A stretch of 32,000 nt of DNA from assembly GCF_900079115.1 (NCBI RefSeq), contig NZ_LT549890.1:210001-242000 (forward strand), in the 5' to 3' direction. This stretch comes from Saccharolobus solfataricus (GTDB lineage: Archaea; Thermoproteota; Thermoprotei_A; Sulfolobales; Sulfolobaceae). A program made the translations under genes and the position numbers. The notes beneath the pieces are model-generated. The model was not told the DNA's origin. It saw only the letters and a program-made list of their open reading frames with translations, and searched no databases. Shown one piece after another: positions 22,086-31,984 of this stretch (position 1 is the first letter of the stretch; every line of letters begins with the position of its first letter).

Positions 22086-22579
22086 TTCTTTCCCTCTTTA
22101 ATATTTACCACGTCCCCTAAAGTTAATCCAGTGTCATCAAATTCTTTCTCGCTTTCTTCGTTATTTTCTAATGGGGTAACTAGTTTAATGCCAAGGATTT
22201 TCTCTAATTGCCTAGCTTGAGAGATTGTAGGTTTCAATTTACCACTTTCAAATCTTTTAACAATGTTTTCTGATACTTTTAATTTTTGTGCTAGCTGCTG
22301 CTGTGAGATACCCAATTGTTCTCTAGCAGTTTTAATAATCTTGTAATAATCTGTTACAATTTCTAATTCAGCATTTTCCATTTTGGGTGGTTTAAGAGTG
22401 GCTTTCTTACGTGTTTCGCTTTTCTTACTATCTGCCTTTACTATCACTGCATGTTTTCTTATTCTATCGTAACACGAATTACATACAGTAATAATTGAGC
22501 CTTCATACGACACAGTTATACCTTTACCACGAATTTGAGATCCACATAATTCACAGTATTCTTCACTATTAGCTTGCAT
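22082..22579 (-). CDS. mbf1: Archaeal MBF1 (multiprotein bridging factor 1): zinc ribbon plus Cro/C1-type HTH
   Basis: CELCG...CNSCY zinc ribbon and the HTH segment REQLGISQQQLAQKLKVSENIVKRFESG. 4-nt overlap with hflX. Confidence 0.8.
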   Translation of the reverse strand: MQANSEEYCELCGSQIRGKGITVSYEGSIITVCNSCYDRIRKHAVIVKADSKKSETRKKATLKPPKMENAELEIVTDYYKIIKTAREQLGISQQQLAQKLKVSENIVKRFESGKLKPTISQARQLEKILGIKLVTPLENNEESEKEFDDTGLTLGDVVNIKEGKK

Positions 22580-22651
22580 ATAAATACCTATTGTAAATAC
22601 TTGTATTAAACGTTTTTAGTCTATGCTAAACAAGTATATATACGGGTTAAA

Positions 22652-23833
22652 TTGTCAGGGGATTTCGACACAATAAGGGATGCTTCTTCTCCGGATGAAG
22701 TTCAATTAGTTAGATTATTAGAAGAAAAAATCAAGTCATTGCAAATTGAAATTGAAAATCTAAGAAAAGAACTAAATTATTATAAAGCAGAAATGGAAAA
22801 AATGTTAAGTCCTCCGCTAATAGAGGCAGTTGTATTGGACGTTTTACCAGACGGTAGAGTTCTAGTTAGAAGTTCGTCAGGGCCAAATTTGGTAGTAAAT
22901 ATAGCTAGTCATATTGATCAAAAATTAATAAAGCCTGGAATATCTGTTGCCTTAAATCAAAGAGGATCTACTATACTGGAGGTTTTACCACAGAAGGAAG
23001 ATCCAATTGTAAAGACAATGGAAATTATTGAAAGACCTAACGTAACTTATTCTGAGATCGGTGGATTAGAAGAGCAAATAAGGGAGTTAAGGGAGGTCGT
23101 GGAATTACCTTTAAAGAATCCTGAGATATTTAGGGAGATAGGAGTAGAGCCACCAAAGGGAGTTTTACTATATGGTCCGCCCGGTACAGGGAAGACTATG
23201 TTGGCAAAGGCAGTAGCCACTGAGAGTAATGCTGTGTTTATTCATGTTGTTGCTTCAGAGTTTGCACAAAAATTTGTGGGGGAAGGCGCTAGGATAGTTA
23301 GAGAGCTATTTGAGATGGCTAAAAGAAAGGCGCCATCAATAATCTTCATTGATGAAATTGATGCTATAGGTGCTAAGAGGATAGATATAGGAACTAGTGG
23401 AGAAAGAGAGATACAAAGGACGCTAATGCAGCTCTTGGCCGAACTTGATGGGTTTGATCCATTGGATAATGTTAAGATCATAGCAGCTACCAATAGGATA
23501 GATATATTAGATCCTGCGTTATTGAGGCCTGGTAGATTTGATAGGATAATAGAGGTTCCTTTACCTGATTTTAAAGGGAGAACTGAGATATTTAATATAT
23601 ATTTAAAGAAAATGAAAATCGAAGACAATATAAACCTTGAGCTATTATCTCAGCTTACAGAAGGGTTTAGTGGTGCAGATATTAAAAACGTTTGTGTTGA
23701 AGCTGCATATATGGCAATTAGGGACGGTAGGAATAAGGTAACGATGAACGATTTAGTTGAGGCTATAAACAAGATTAATGTTAAAAGGAATAAAATGGAA
23801 AGCATGAAAGAGAGGCGAGAGAAGTATAGCTAA
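22652..23833 (+). CDS. pan: Proteasome-activating nucleotidase (PAN), AAA+ ATPase
   Basis: N-terminal coiled coil, OB domain, Walker A GPPGTGKT and Walker [12 protein letters not shown] start. The C-terminus is ...EKYS. Confidence 0.9.
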   Translation: MSGDFDTIRDASSPDEVQLVRLLEEKIKSLQIEIENLRKELNYYKAEMEKMLSPPLIEAVVLDVLPDGRVLVRSSSGPNLVVNIASHIDQKLIKPGISVALNQRGSTILEVLPQKEDPIVKTMEIIERPNVTYSEIGGLEEQIRELREVVELPLKNPEIFREIGVEPPKGVLLYGPPGTGKTMLAKAVATESNAVFIHVVASEFAQKFVGEGARIVRELFEMAKRKAPSIIFIDEIDAIGAKRIDIGTSGEREIQRTLMQLLAELDGFDPLDNVKIIAATNRIDILDPALLRPGRFDRIIEVPLPDFKGRTEIFNIYLKKMKIEDNINLELLSQLTEGFSGADIKNVCVEAAYMAIRDGRNKVTMNDLVEAINKINVKRNKMESMKERREKYS

Positions 23834-23846
23834 ATATAAAGAGTTT

Positions 23847-24344
23847 TTAAGTAAACCATCAGAAGCGAAGTATAATGAGATCTTAACTTTACGTTCTATT
23901 GCTGAATATCAATTCGATTATAATGTTTCTAGATGTTTATTCCCCGAGGATCAACACTTTTTAATTCAAAGATCCTTAAATACAAGGAAAATTAGAAATG
24001 TGCTAACTAGTAGGGGAGAATTATATTTAGTATTAAGGGCTCAAGATGTTTTATTTTCTCTTACGTTGTTAAGCGGGAGTGTAATTAAGGAGTGTTCAAA
24101 GTTTCCAGAATATAGGGTTATAATACCTAATAGTTTCGAAGAATTCATAAAAAATGGAAGGAATGTCTTCTCTAAACATGTAATAGCGGTTGATAAGCGA
24201 ATAAGGGCTGGAGATGATGTAATAGTTGTGAATGAAAATGACGAGTTAATAGCAATAGGTAAAGCTAAATTATCCGGAGAAGAAATGATGGAGTATAGAA
24301 GAGGTATGGCAGTTCACGTGAAAAGAGGTGTATTAGATGAGTAA
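23847..24344 (+). CDS. Pre-PUA/PUA domain protein (stand-alone equivalent of the ArcTGT C-terminal domains). The start is uncertain; the ORF-track GTG is at 24000.
   Basis: A PUA-like C-terminal half ([29 protein letters not shown]). The 192-nt in-frame stop-free upstream extension encodes [26 protein letters not shown], resembling the conserved IADYQFG pre-PUA N-terminus. Confidence 0.6.
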   Translation, partial: LSKPSEAKYNEILTLRSIAEYQFDYNVSRCLFPEDQHFLIQRSLNTRKIRNVLTSRGELYLVLRAQDVLFSLTLLSGSVIKECSKFPEYRVIIPNSFEEFIKNGRNVFSKHVIAVDKRIRAGDDVIVVNENDELIAIGKAKLSGEEMMEYRRGMAVHVKRGVLDE

Positions 24345-25059
24345 CGTTAAGATAGTAATAAAGAAAGATTTAAGTGAATTAAAAGGTTCTACATTTATAA
24401 CTGGATTTAGAACTATAGGGGAGGTAGGATATTTAGCAATAAGGCATTTAGCCTTGAAAAGAAAAATGGAAAGAATAGGGTATGTTGTTACTAAGTATTA
24501 TAGAGATGTCACGTTTTTAGATGATTATGGCATTGCAACGCCTTTCGATATATTCTATGATAAGGACAAACATTTAGTACTATTACTTAATCATATTTTG
24601 CCATTTCAACGTGAATGGAATGATTTCGCTTCAGAGGTTATAAAATGGGTTAAAAAATTATCAATAAACAATATACTTCTTGTAGGAGCACTAGATAAAA
24701 GGTATAAGGTCGGAAATGAGAGTTTAAAATGGTTAAAAACATCAAAGTGTAAGCTGAATTTAGATTACCCTCAGTTAGACAAGCAATTACTAATGGTGGG
24801 TCCATTAGCTTTATTCACTTTACATTCTGAAATTGAAGATTTGCCAGCATTAGTTTTGTTACCATATGCAGATCGTGAAAGGACAGATCCAGTAGCAGCT
24901 GCAACTGCAATAGAAGTTTTAAATAAAATGCTTAGCTTAAACGTTAGCGTAGATGAATTATATGAAGAGGCAAAAAGAATAGAGGAAGATTTACAACGGC
25001 AGATGGAATTATTGCAGAAAGAGTTATCAAGAGGAAGTGCTGATAGAGTCTATATGTAA
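24337..25059 (+). CDS. PAC2-family proteasome assembly chaperone/activator (PbaA/PbaB-like)
   Basis: N-terminal [19 protein letters not shown] resembles the PAC2 signature. It has a coiled-coil tail and the extreme C-terminus is V-Y-M, a HbYX motif. Confidence 0.6.
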   Translation: MSNVKIVIKKDLSELKGSTFITGFRTIGEVGYLAIRHLALKRKMERIGYVVTKYYRDVTFLDDYGIATPFDIFYDKDKHLVLLLNHILPFQREWNDFASEVIKWVKKLSINNILLVGALDKRYKVGNESLKWLKTSKCKLNLDYPQLDKQLLMVGPLALFTLHSEIEDLPALVLLPYADRERTDPVAAATAIEVLNKMLSLNVSVDELYEEAKRIEEDLQRQMELLQKELSRGSADRVYM

Positions 25060-26538
25060 GCCTAGTTTTTCACAGTTAATTAACTCTACTTTTTGGTAAT
25101 TATTACGTCTTAAGAACGAAATGATTTTAGTTTTCATATCGTCTATTACATCTTCATCTATTTCATTTGGTATCTCGAATTGAGATAGAGGATAAGAATC
25201 TGAGATCTCTAACGGTATTAAACCAAAAAACGGTACTGCTATAAATACGTCGCTCTCATTACGATCAGCTATTTTTTCCCTTATTTTTTCCTTGAAATCA
25301 TAAGCAGTATCACTTATTGCTTTATCATAGCAATATATGGATATTTTATCTTTCTTTTGTATGTATCTTTCTAGAAATCTCGAGTGACGTATAATTTCTG
25401 GCCTATGTAAAGAGTTACCGTCAAATAAAAACAAACCTTTTGGATCTCCCCTTATTCTAGGGTCAAATTTCTCTAGATAATCCTTATATTTCATCAATCG
25501 TTTGAATGCAGAATATACTGCTGGATGAGAGTAAGCTTTTTCTTGGAGATATTCAAATAATCTTCCTTCCTTAATCGCCTGTTTAGTTGCTTTAAATTCT
25601 TCTAAAATAGTATAAAGGTTATGAATAGCCAATGCTTTTGTTCTTTCTTTCTCATTCATTTCAAGTAAATCCTTAGGTGTGTATTTAGAGCATATTGGAC
25701 AAGAACATGGAAAATATTCTAAATCCTCTAATTTGTATACGCGTGTCCTAGTAATATATCTATTGTCTCTGGCATATATTATATATGAAGCAGAGTCAAA
25801 ACTGTCAACTCCTAACGCTACTGCAAATGGAATGATATGAGGTAACCCTCCTCCAAATAGATGAAACGGGATTCCTCTTTTTATGTTAGATTTAGCAGTA
25901 TAAATCATGTCAATTACAGTATCATACATGTACTTCTCTAAGAGAACTGTTGGGCTACCAAGAGCGGCCATATTGTATATATGTTCAAATTTAGATAGAC
26001 CTTCAGCAGAAGTCTTAACTAGATCAAGATATCTTCCTCCCTGTATTGGATATACCCAAATGATATTGTTATCTTGATTTTTTACTATGATTTCTGAAGC
26101 TTCTTCCGCTCTTTTTAATGTCTCATATACTGTCTTTTTAGCGTTATCATAATCATTTATATTCCCGGTAGGTAAATCTAATATTACTCCGATATCTGGT
26201 TTTATTTTAAGCTGATAATTCACGATCTGGAGATTGGTTATTCCTATTTCTCCATACTCTAGAATTTGATATGCCCCTGAATCTGTCATTATGATCATTT
26301 CTTCAGAGCGTAACTCCTTATGGATATCATCCTTTATATAGTTATTTTTGTATAATATGTAAGAATTTGTGATAAAGTTTTTAAATCCTATATTTCTTAT
26401 CTCATCTATCGATATTTCATCTTTTTTTAATACGTTAATTACTGGAAAGAATGCTGGAGTTTCTAAGGTACCACTTCTTGTTCTTAAGGTTCCTATTCTC
26501 CCTGCTAAGTCCTCATATTTTACTTCAAATACAGTCAT
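25027..26538 (-). CDS. tgtA: Archaeosine tRNA-guanine transglycosylase (ArcTGT) lacking a PUA domain
   Basis: N-terminal [15 protein letters not shown]...ETPAFFPV, catalytic [18 protein letters not shown], and the zinc site CSCPICSKY...HN. Confidence 0.85.
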   Translation of the reverse strand: MTVFEVKYEDLAGRIGTLRTRSGTLETPAFFPVINVLKKDEISIDEIRNIGFKNFITNSYILYKNNYIKDDIHKELRSEEMIIMTDSGAYQILEYGEIGITNLQIVNYQLKIKPDIGVILDLPTGNINDYDNAKKTVYETLKRAEEASEIIVKNQDNNIIWVYPIQGGRYLDLVKTSAEGLSKFEHIYNMAALGSPTVLLEKYMYDTVIDMIYTAKSNIKRGIPFHLFGGGLPHIIPFAVALGVDSFDSASYIIYARDNRYITRTRVYKLEDLEYFPCSCPICSKYTPKDLLEMNEKERTKALAIHNLYTILEEFKATKQAIKEGRLFEYLQEKAYSHPAVYSAFKRLMKYKDYLEKFDPRIRGDPKGLFLFDGNSLHRPEIIRHSRFLERYIQKKDKISIYCYDKAISDTAYDFKEKIREKIADRNESDVFIAVPFFGLIPLEISDSYPLSQFEIPNEIDEDVIDDMKTKIISFLRRNNYQKVELINCEKLGLHIDSISTSS

Positions 26539-26975
26539 AGACCTAATTCCTTTTTCTTTTTATTTATATAATCATTATATAAGTCGTAAATTCTTTGTGC
26601 CATAGGTCCGCTTCCTTCTACTCCATTCTGTGATACTTTAATTTTTTCTAGAATTGTTACTACACTTGTTTCATCGTAAACTTTTATATCAGCTGGTCTT
26701 AAATTTAGGGATTTTTCAACTAATTCCGCAAATTCTCTTGGCTCAAATAGAGGAGGATTCTTAATTATTATCTCAGAAATTGAATTTCCATTTATCATTA
26801 ACTTATAGAAAGTGTTATTGCTATCATCCTTAACATTTGTTAAACTTATGATAAATGGTGAAAGTTCATATGCATAAAGTTGACCAGTATATGTTTTACC
26901 ATTAGTAGTTTTTACAATAACAGTCTTATCTATTAGGTTATTTAATTCGCTCGAGATTCTTCTTCCACTACTCAT
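26535..26975 (-). CDS. Sm-like archaeal protein with a C-terminal extension (SmAP3-like)
   Basis: Sm1-like [19 protein letters not shown] and Sm2-like [13 protein letters not shown], plus about 70 extra residues. Confidence 0.5.
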   Translation of the reverse strand: MSSGRRISSELNNLIDKTVIVKTTNGKTYTGQLYAYELSPFIISLTNVKDDSNNTFYKLMINGNSISEIIIKNPPLFEPREFAELVEKSLNLRPADIKVYDETSVVTILEKIKVSQNGVEGSGPMAQRIYDLYNDYINKKKKELGL

Positions 26976-27021
26976 ATTATAGTCCCCAATAACGTTAATA
27001 AATTAAAACTTAAATAGTAAT

Positions 27022-27420
27022 ATGATGGAATCAGTGGCACAAGAAATAATTCTAAGTTGTGAAATAAATAGTATAGAAAGAGGTAGTCTAAAGAATTTAT
27101 CAATGGTAAACATGTCTTGCAATGGCTTTAATGTAAGTTTTGATATAATTGATAGCATAAACATATTTAGTCAAAAAGAAAAGGTAAAGGTTATAATTTC
27201 TAAAAATAGACCTTCATATTCTCATGATGACTTCTGTGGACACGGCTATATCGTTACTGAACTTAAAGATTCTTCTTTAAACAATGGAAATAAATATACA
27301 ACGATAATTTCATTATATGGTCTTCTAGTAAAGATAATAAGTAATAAAGAAAGCTTCCTTAGAACATCTCAGCTAAATATCATGGATCATGTTTACTTTT
27401 GCGTGAAGAAAAACAATTAG
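27022..27420 (+). CDS. rpo8: RNA polymerase subunit Rpo8 (RpoG), crenarchaeal
   Basis: 132 aa. The sequence resembles the Sulfolobus Rpo8 chain as I recall it ([25 protein letters not shown]...[13 protein letters not shown]). Not verified by search. Confidence 0.55.
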   Translation: MMESVAQEIILSCEINSIERGSLKNLSMVNMSCNGFNVSFDIIDSINIFSQKEKVKVIISKNRPSYSHDDFCGHGYIVTELKDSSLNNGNKYTTIISLYGLLVKIISNKESFLRTSQLNIMDHVYFCVKKNN

Positions 27421-28007
27421 TATGGGATGAATTTATTTTCGTAGTTCCCTTTCTTATCTATTATAGCTAAATCTATCCCATCTCCAGATGTGATATCACG
27501 TTCTATTGATGCTTTTATCGCCTTTGTTATTAATTGTGTTGCTACATCTAAACTCATATTGGGATCATATTCAGATTCAAGAACTCCTATTGCTATCCTG
27601 GCTCCTGATCCTACAGCAGCGTAATTATCTTCAATTAACGAGCCTATAGGGTCTAACACATAAAGTTGTGGACCCTTTTCATCGACTCCTCCAAATAGAA
27701 TTTCTGAAATGAAAGGCATCACTTTATACTGGTATAGTATTACCGAAAGTAATTTAGCTGCAGCATGAACAGAGATTGGTTTACCAGTTGAAACCTCATA
27801 GTACTTTATTTCTACATTCATTATTCGTGTCAAAGTCTGCAAATCGCCATATATTCCAGCCCCTGCCATGAGGAATTTATTTATTTTATATACTTTTTTT
27901 GCTTGTTTACTTAGTACGTAACCACCATAGCTTAATCGTCTCTCAGAAGCTAATACGATTCCATCATTTACCTTCAAACCAACAGCAGTTGCAGGTAATT
28001 CTTCCAT
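27417..28007 (-). CDS. psmB: Proteasome beta subunit
   Basis: Propeptide followed by the catalytic Thr in [19 protein letters not shown], with an Ntn-hydrolase pattern. Confidence 0.9.
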   Translation of the reverse strand: MEELPATAVGLKVNDGIVLASERRLSYGGYVLSKQAKKVYKINKFLMAGAGIYGDLQTLTRIMNVEIKYYEVSTGKPISVHAAAKLLSVILYQYKVMPFISEILFGGVDEKGPQLYVLDPIGSLIEDNYAAVGSGARIAIGVLESEYDPNMSLDVATQLITKAIKASIERDITSGDGIDLAIIDKKGNYENKFIPY

Positions 28008-28041
28008 GCTAGTTTACCCATAATATACTTATAAATGCCAT

Positions 28042-29322
28042 TTATAACGTTTGTTTTATTGCATCTAGAACGTTCTCTAGTGGGATAGAAATCTGTTTTC
28101 GTGTAATTAAATTTCTAACTGTTATCATATTTTTCTCAAGTTCTTGTTTACCTATTATTATTGCGAGTTTAAATCCTTGGGAAGCATAATAAGGTAATAG
28201 TTTAGAGAGAGGCTGATCTTTAGTATTTATTACTACCTTATATTCTTCCTTTCTTAACATTCTGGATACCGTAAACATAGCTGGTATTGCCTCCTCTGAG
28301 ATGCCTACTACTATCACATTTATTGGTTCTTCAACTTTCAGATCTTTAATTACTAATAAAGTTCTCTCAACTCCTATAGCGAATCCTATTGCTGGTGAGG
28401 GTAAGCCACCATAGAGCTCTATAAGTTTATCATATCTTCCTCCTCCAGCAATGCTAAACTGAACAGAGGGATGAAGAACCTCAAATATTAGTCCAGTATA
28501 ATAAGCTAATCCTCTTACAAAACCTAGGTCAACCTTAAATTTTACATTTAAGCTGCTTAAAATTCTAGATAATCGAAGTAGATATTCAAATTCGTTTTTA
28601 ATATCTAATTTTGAAACTTCCTCTAATTCAGCTAAGGATTCTATATCTTCTAGTTTTGCCTCTTTTTTAGTAAGGATCATATTTAAAAAGTCCATTATAT
28701 CCTTATTCTTTATATTTTTTTCAAGAATAACTAAAGCTTCGTCAACCTTATTCTTATCTATTAAATGCAGAACATGCTCTTGTAGATTATCTTCGATATT
28801 ATATTTATCCATTATTTTTCTAAATATACCAATGTTATTTATTTTAATTGTTATATCCTTAGAAAGATTAAGCTTATCATAAAAATTGTACAATAAATCT
28901 AATACTTCTACATCAGCTAAGATGGAAGAATCACCTATCATTTCTATTCCGGCTTGTCTGAACTCTCTATATCTGCCGTACTGGGGTTCGTCATACCTAT
29001 AAACGGTACCAAAGTAAAATAGCCTTATCGGCTTTGGCGAACTCTGTAAATTTTGTATGTATGCTCTTGCTACACTTGGTGTTATTTCAGGTCGTAACGA
29101 TATCTCTCTATCTGCCTTGTCCTTAAACACATACATCGTTTGTCTTAGTTCCTCCCCACCCTTCAACTCAAACAGTTTAAATTCTTCTACTACTGGCGTT
29201 ATAATTTCAGAATATCCATATTTTTTTGCTAAGTCTCTAAAGGTAGATTCCAAGTATCTAATTTTTTCTGCATCGATTCCAATATAATCTTTCATGCCTC
29301 TTACTGTTTCAAACTTTACCAT
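28042..29322 (-). CDS. hisS: Histidine--tRNA ligase
   Basis: RGMKDY N-terminus, class II motifs (FRYDEPQYGRYREFRQ and GGGRYD) and a C-terminal anticodon-binding domain. Confidence 0.95.
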   Translation of the reverse strand: MVKFETVRGMKDYIGIDAEKIRYLESTFRDLAKKYGYSEIITPVVEEFKLFELKGGEELRQTMYVFKDKADREISLRPEITPSVARAYIQNLQSSPKPIRLFYFGTVYRYDEPQYGRYREFRQAGIEMIGDSSILADVEVLDLLYNFYDKLNLSKDITIKINNIGIFRKIMDKYNIEDNLQEHVLHLIDKNKVDEALVILEKNIKNKDIMDFLNMILTKKEAKLEDIESLAELEEVSKLDIKNEFEYLLRLSRILSSLNVKFKVDLGFVRGLAYYTGLIFEVLHPSVQFSIAGGGRYDKLIELYGGLPSPAIGFAIGVERTLLVIKDLKVEEPINVIVVGISEEAIPAMFTVSRMLRKEEYKVVINTKDQPLSKLLPYYASQGFKLAIIIGKQELEKNMITVRNLITRKQISIPLENVLDAIKQTL

Positions 29323-29328
29323 ATCCAG

Positions 29329-29751
29329 TCACTTTGACATTTTTATCTCAGATAGAGTATAATACGTTACATCTCCATATTTATCTACAATTGAAAGATA
29401 AAGTTCTAAATTCATTGATTTTGACTGATGTAGTTTATCTAATATTTTCTTAAAACTTACCTTTTCATTTTCGTCTACTATCAAAACCATAGCAGTATAT
29501 CTTCCATTTTCCTTGTCCTTTATTATAAGAGAGTGCTCATCTATACCATCAATCGTAACCCTTCCTCGCTGTTTTAAGTCAACGAAGACATCAACTTTAT
29601 CCCAATTTACAAGATAAATTATCTCACTAGGTAACTGTTTAGATGAGTTTAAGGCTGTGTATATCTTGTCTAAAGTAGTTTCACTTTTCTCAGACATTAT
29701 AGTCACATTATCAAAAATAAGTATATTCCCCATAAAAGTTATTGTTTTCAT
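29329..29751 (-). CDS. tRNA-splicing endonuclease-like protein, probably the non-catalytic structural (beta) subunit. Start candidates are 29751, 29733 and 29697.
   Basis: The C-terminus LYLSIVDKYGDVTYYTLSEI matches the EndA ending (LLIAIVDADGDIVYYNMTY in M. jannaschii, from memory). DLKQRGRVTIDG parallels DLRTRGYIVKTG. The positions equivalent to the catalytic His and Lys appear substituted. Confidence 0.5.
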   Translation of the reverse strand: MKTITFMGNILIFDNVTIMSEKSETTLDKIYTALNSSKQLPSEIIYLVNWDKVDVFVDLKQRGRVTIDGIDEHSLIIKDKENGRYTAMVLIVDENEKVSFKKILDKLHQSKSMNLELYLSIVDKYGDVTYYTLSEIKMSK

Positions 29752-30264
29752 ATGCAATGCCCTGCATGTGGTTCGAATGAAATAATTTGGGATAATAAGA
29801 ACGGAGAAATAGTGTGTAGTAATTGTGGTACAATTATCGACAATATTTACTATAATGGGCAAAATGAATCAGAGAGTACGGAGATAATCTCAATAAATAA
29901 TAAGTTTTACAAGGATGATATACAAGTTAAAGAACTGCGAGTTAAAAATTTCTTAAAGAATAATCGAATAGAAACTAAAAAAATAGATCAGTATGAAATT
30001 ATCTTAAGATCTATGTTGCTCGATAGTCAATATAAGAAAATATACAAGCTACTGTATGATGAGGGTATTTTAAGTGGTTTAAAAGCTAAAAGTAAACTGG
30101 GTCTTCTAATCTATTTTAGATTCGCGTTAAATAATGGATATTTACATCTATTAGAAAAATTCGACATAAAAAATGAAACCCTTAAAAAAATACTCAAAAG
30201 AATTGGTAGAAAACGCTTAACATTACTTTTCGATAAACTTAACGAAGAAAGCGATCGTATTTGA
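29752..30264 (+). CDS. tfb3: Truncated TFIIB-type factor TFB3 (zinc ribbon plus helical region, no cyclin-fold core)
   Basis: N-terminal TFIIB zinc ribbon MQCPACGSNEIIWDNKNGEIVCSNCG. Only 170 aa. It lies just upstream of thsB, as I recall for Sulfolobus tfb3. Confidence 0.7.
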   Translation: MQCPACGSNEIIWDNKNGEIVCSNCGTIIDNIYYNGQNESESTEIISINNKFYKDDIQVKELRVKNFLKNNRIETKKIDQYEIILRSMLLDSQYKKIYKLLYDEGILSGLKAKSKLGLLIYFRFALNNGYLHLLEKFDIKNETLKKILKRIGRKRLTLLFDKLNEESDRI

Positions 30265-30275
30265 TTTGAGTAAAA

Positions 30276-30285
30276 TTTTTATATA
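30276..30285 (+). promoter_or_regulatory. TATA box of the thermosome beta promoter, followed by a GGTG SD at 30310-30313
   Basis: TTTTTATATA about 39 nt upstream of ATG 30320, with GGTG 6 nt upstream of the ATG. Confidence 0.45.
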
Positions 30286-30319
30286 ACCTTTTTTTAAGAC
30301 AGAGTGGAAGGTGCGTAAA

Positions 30320-31984
30320 ATGGCAACAGCTACAGTTGCAACTACACCCGAAGGTATACCTGTAATTATTTTAAAAGAAGGATCAAGTAGAACATATGGA
30401 AAAGAGGCTTTAAGGGCTAATATTGCTGCAGTGAAGGCAATTGAAGAGGCGCTGAAAAGTACATATGGTCCACGCGGAATGGATAAGATGCTTGTTGATA
30501 GCTTAGGAGATATTACAATAACAAATGATGGAGCAACTATTCTTGATAAAATGGATTTACAACACCCAACGGGTAAACTTTTAGTTCAGATAGCTAAGGG
30601 ACAAGACGAGGAAACAGCTGATGGTACTAAAACTGCTGTAATTCTAGCTGGAGAATTAGCTAAAAAGGCAGAAGATCTCTTATATAAGGAGATTCATCCC
30701 ACAATAATTGTTAGTGGATATAAGAAGGCAGAAGAAATTGCGCTAAAGACTATCCAAGAGATAGCACAACCAGTCACTATAAATGACACTGATGTACTTA
30801 GGAAAGTGGCACTCACATCATTAGGCAGCAAAGCGGTAGCAGGTGCCCGAGAGTATTTAGCTGACCTTGTAGTTAAAGCAGTAGCGCAAGTAGCTGAATT
30901 AAGGGGTGATAAGTGGTACGTTGATCTAGATAATGTACAAATAGTTAAGAAACATGGTGGTAGTGTTAATGATACTCAATTAGTATATGGTATAGTAGTA
31001 GATAAGGAAGTTGTACATCCTGGTATGCCAAAGAGGATCGAAAACGCTAAGATAGCACTTTTAGACGCTTCATTAGAAGTTGAGAAACCAGAATTAGATG
31101 CGGAGATAAGGATTAACGATCCAACACAAATGCACAAATTCTTAGAAGAAGAAGAAAATATACTGAAAGAAAAGGTAGATAAGATTGCAGCTACTGGTGC
31201 TAACGTTGTAATATGTCAGAAAGGTATTGATGAAGTTGCACAACACTATCTAGCTAAGAAAGGTATACTAGCAGTTAGAAGAGCTAAGAAGAGCGATTTA
31301 GAAAAATTAGCCAGAGCTACTGGAGGAAGAGTTATATCAAATATTGACGAATTGACTTCGCAAGACCTAGGCTACGCTGCATTAGTAGAGGAGAGAAAAG
31401 TAGGAGAGGATAAGATGGTTTTCGTAGAAGGTGCAAAGAATCCAAAATCCGTTAGCATACTAATAAGAGGCGGATTGGAAAGAGTAGTTGATGAAACGGA
31501 AAGAGCTCTGAGGGATGCTTTAGGTACTGTAGCTGATGTAATAAGAGATGGTAGAGCTGTAGCTGGTGGTGGAGCTGTAGAGATAGAGATAGCTAAGAGA
31601 TTGAGGAAGTATGCTCCTCAAGTTGGTGGTAAAGAGCAATTAGCTATTGAAGCCTATGCTAACGCAATTGAGGGTCTTATAATGATATTAGCTGAAAATG
31701 CAGGATTAGACCCTATAGACAAATTGATGCAATTAAGAAGTCTTCATGAGAATGAGACTAATAAATGGTACGGACTTAATTTATTCACTGGAAATCCAGA
31801 AGATATGTGGAAATTGGGCGTTATTGAACCAGCATTAGTTAAAATGAATGCAGTTAAAGCTGCAACAGAAGCGGTGACATTAGTGCTAAGAATAGATGAT
31901 ATTGTAGCAGCTGGGAAGAAGAGTGGAAGCGAGCCCAGCGGTAAGAAAGAAAAAGATAAAGAAGAAAAATCTTCTGAAGACTAA
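30320..31984 (+). CDS. thsB: Thermosome (group II chaperonin) beta subunit
   Basis: MATATVATTPEGIPVIILKEGSSRTYGKEAL..., GPRGMDKM, ITNDGATIL and AGGGAVE motifs, with a charged C-terminal tail. I take ATG 30320 as the start, not the GTG at 30311. Confidence 0.95.
   Translation: MATATVATTPEGIPVIILKEGSSRTYGKEALRANIAAVKAIEEALKSTYGPRGMDKMLVDSLGDITITNDGATILDKMDLQHPTGKLLVQIAKGQDEETADGTKTAVILAGELAKKAEDLLYKEIHPTIIVSGYKKAEEIALKTIQEIAQPVTINDTDVLRKVALTSLGSKAVAGAREYLADLVVKAVAQVAELRGDKWYVDLDNVQIVKKHGGSVNDTQLVYGIVVDKEVVHPGMPKRIENAKIALLDASLEVEKPELDAEIRINDPTQMHKFLEEEENILKEKVDKIAATGANVVICQKGIDEVAQHYLAKKGILAVRRAKKSDLEKLARATGGRVISNIDELTSQDLGYAALVEERKVGEDKMVFVEGAKNPKSVSILIRGGLERVVDETERALRDALGTVADVIRDGRAVAGGGAVEIEIAKRLRKYAPQVGGKEQLAIEAYANAIEGLIMILAENAGLDPIDKLMQLRSLHENETNKWYGLNLFTGNPEDMWKLGVIEPALVKMNAVKAATEAVTLVLRIDDIVAAGKKSGSEPSGKKEKDKEEKSSED

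Noticed and set aside
23242-23628. 128-aa ORF antisense to PAN
   Set aside because: A shadow ORF inside the AAA+ core of PAN. The translation is low-complexity and Ser/Ile/Leu-rich.
29752-29862. The N-terminal 37 codons of ORF 29329-29862 (MPIIVNIVDNCTTITTHYFSVLIIPNYFIRTTCRALH)
   Set aside because: This stretch is antisense to the TFB3 zinc-ribbon codons and shows no EndA similarity. Downstream in-frame ATGs give a sensible protein.
30311-30319. GTG 30311 as the thermosome start (MRKMATA...)
   Set aside because: GGTG at 30310-30313 is better read as the SD for ATG 30320. Thermosome beta homologues begin MATATVATT as I recall.
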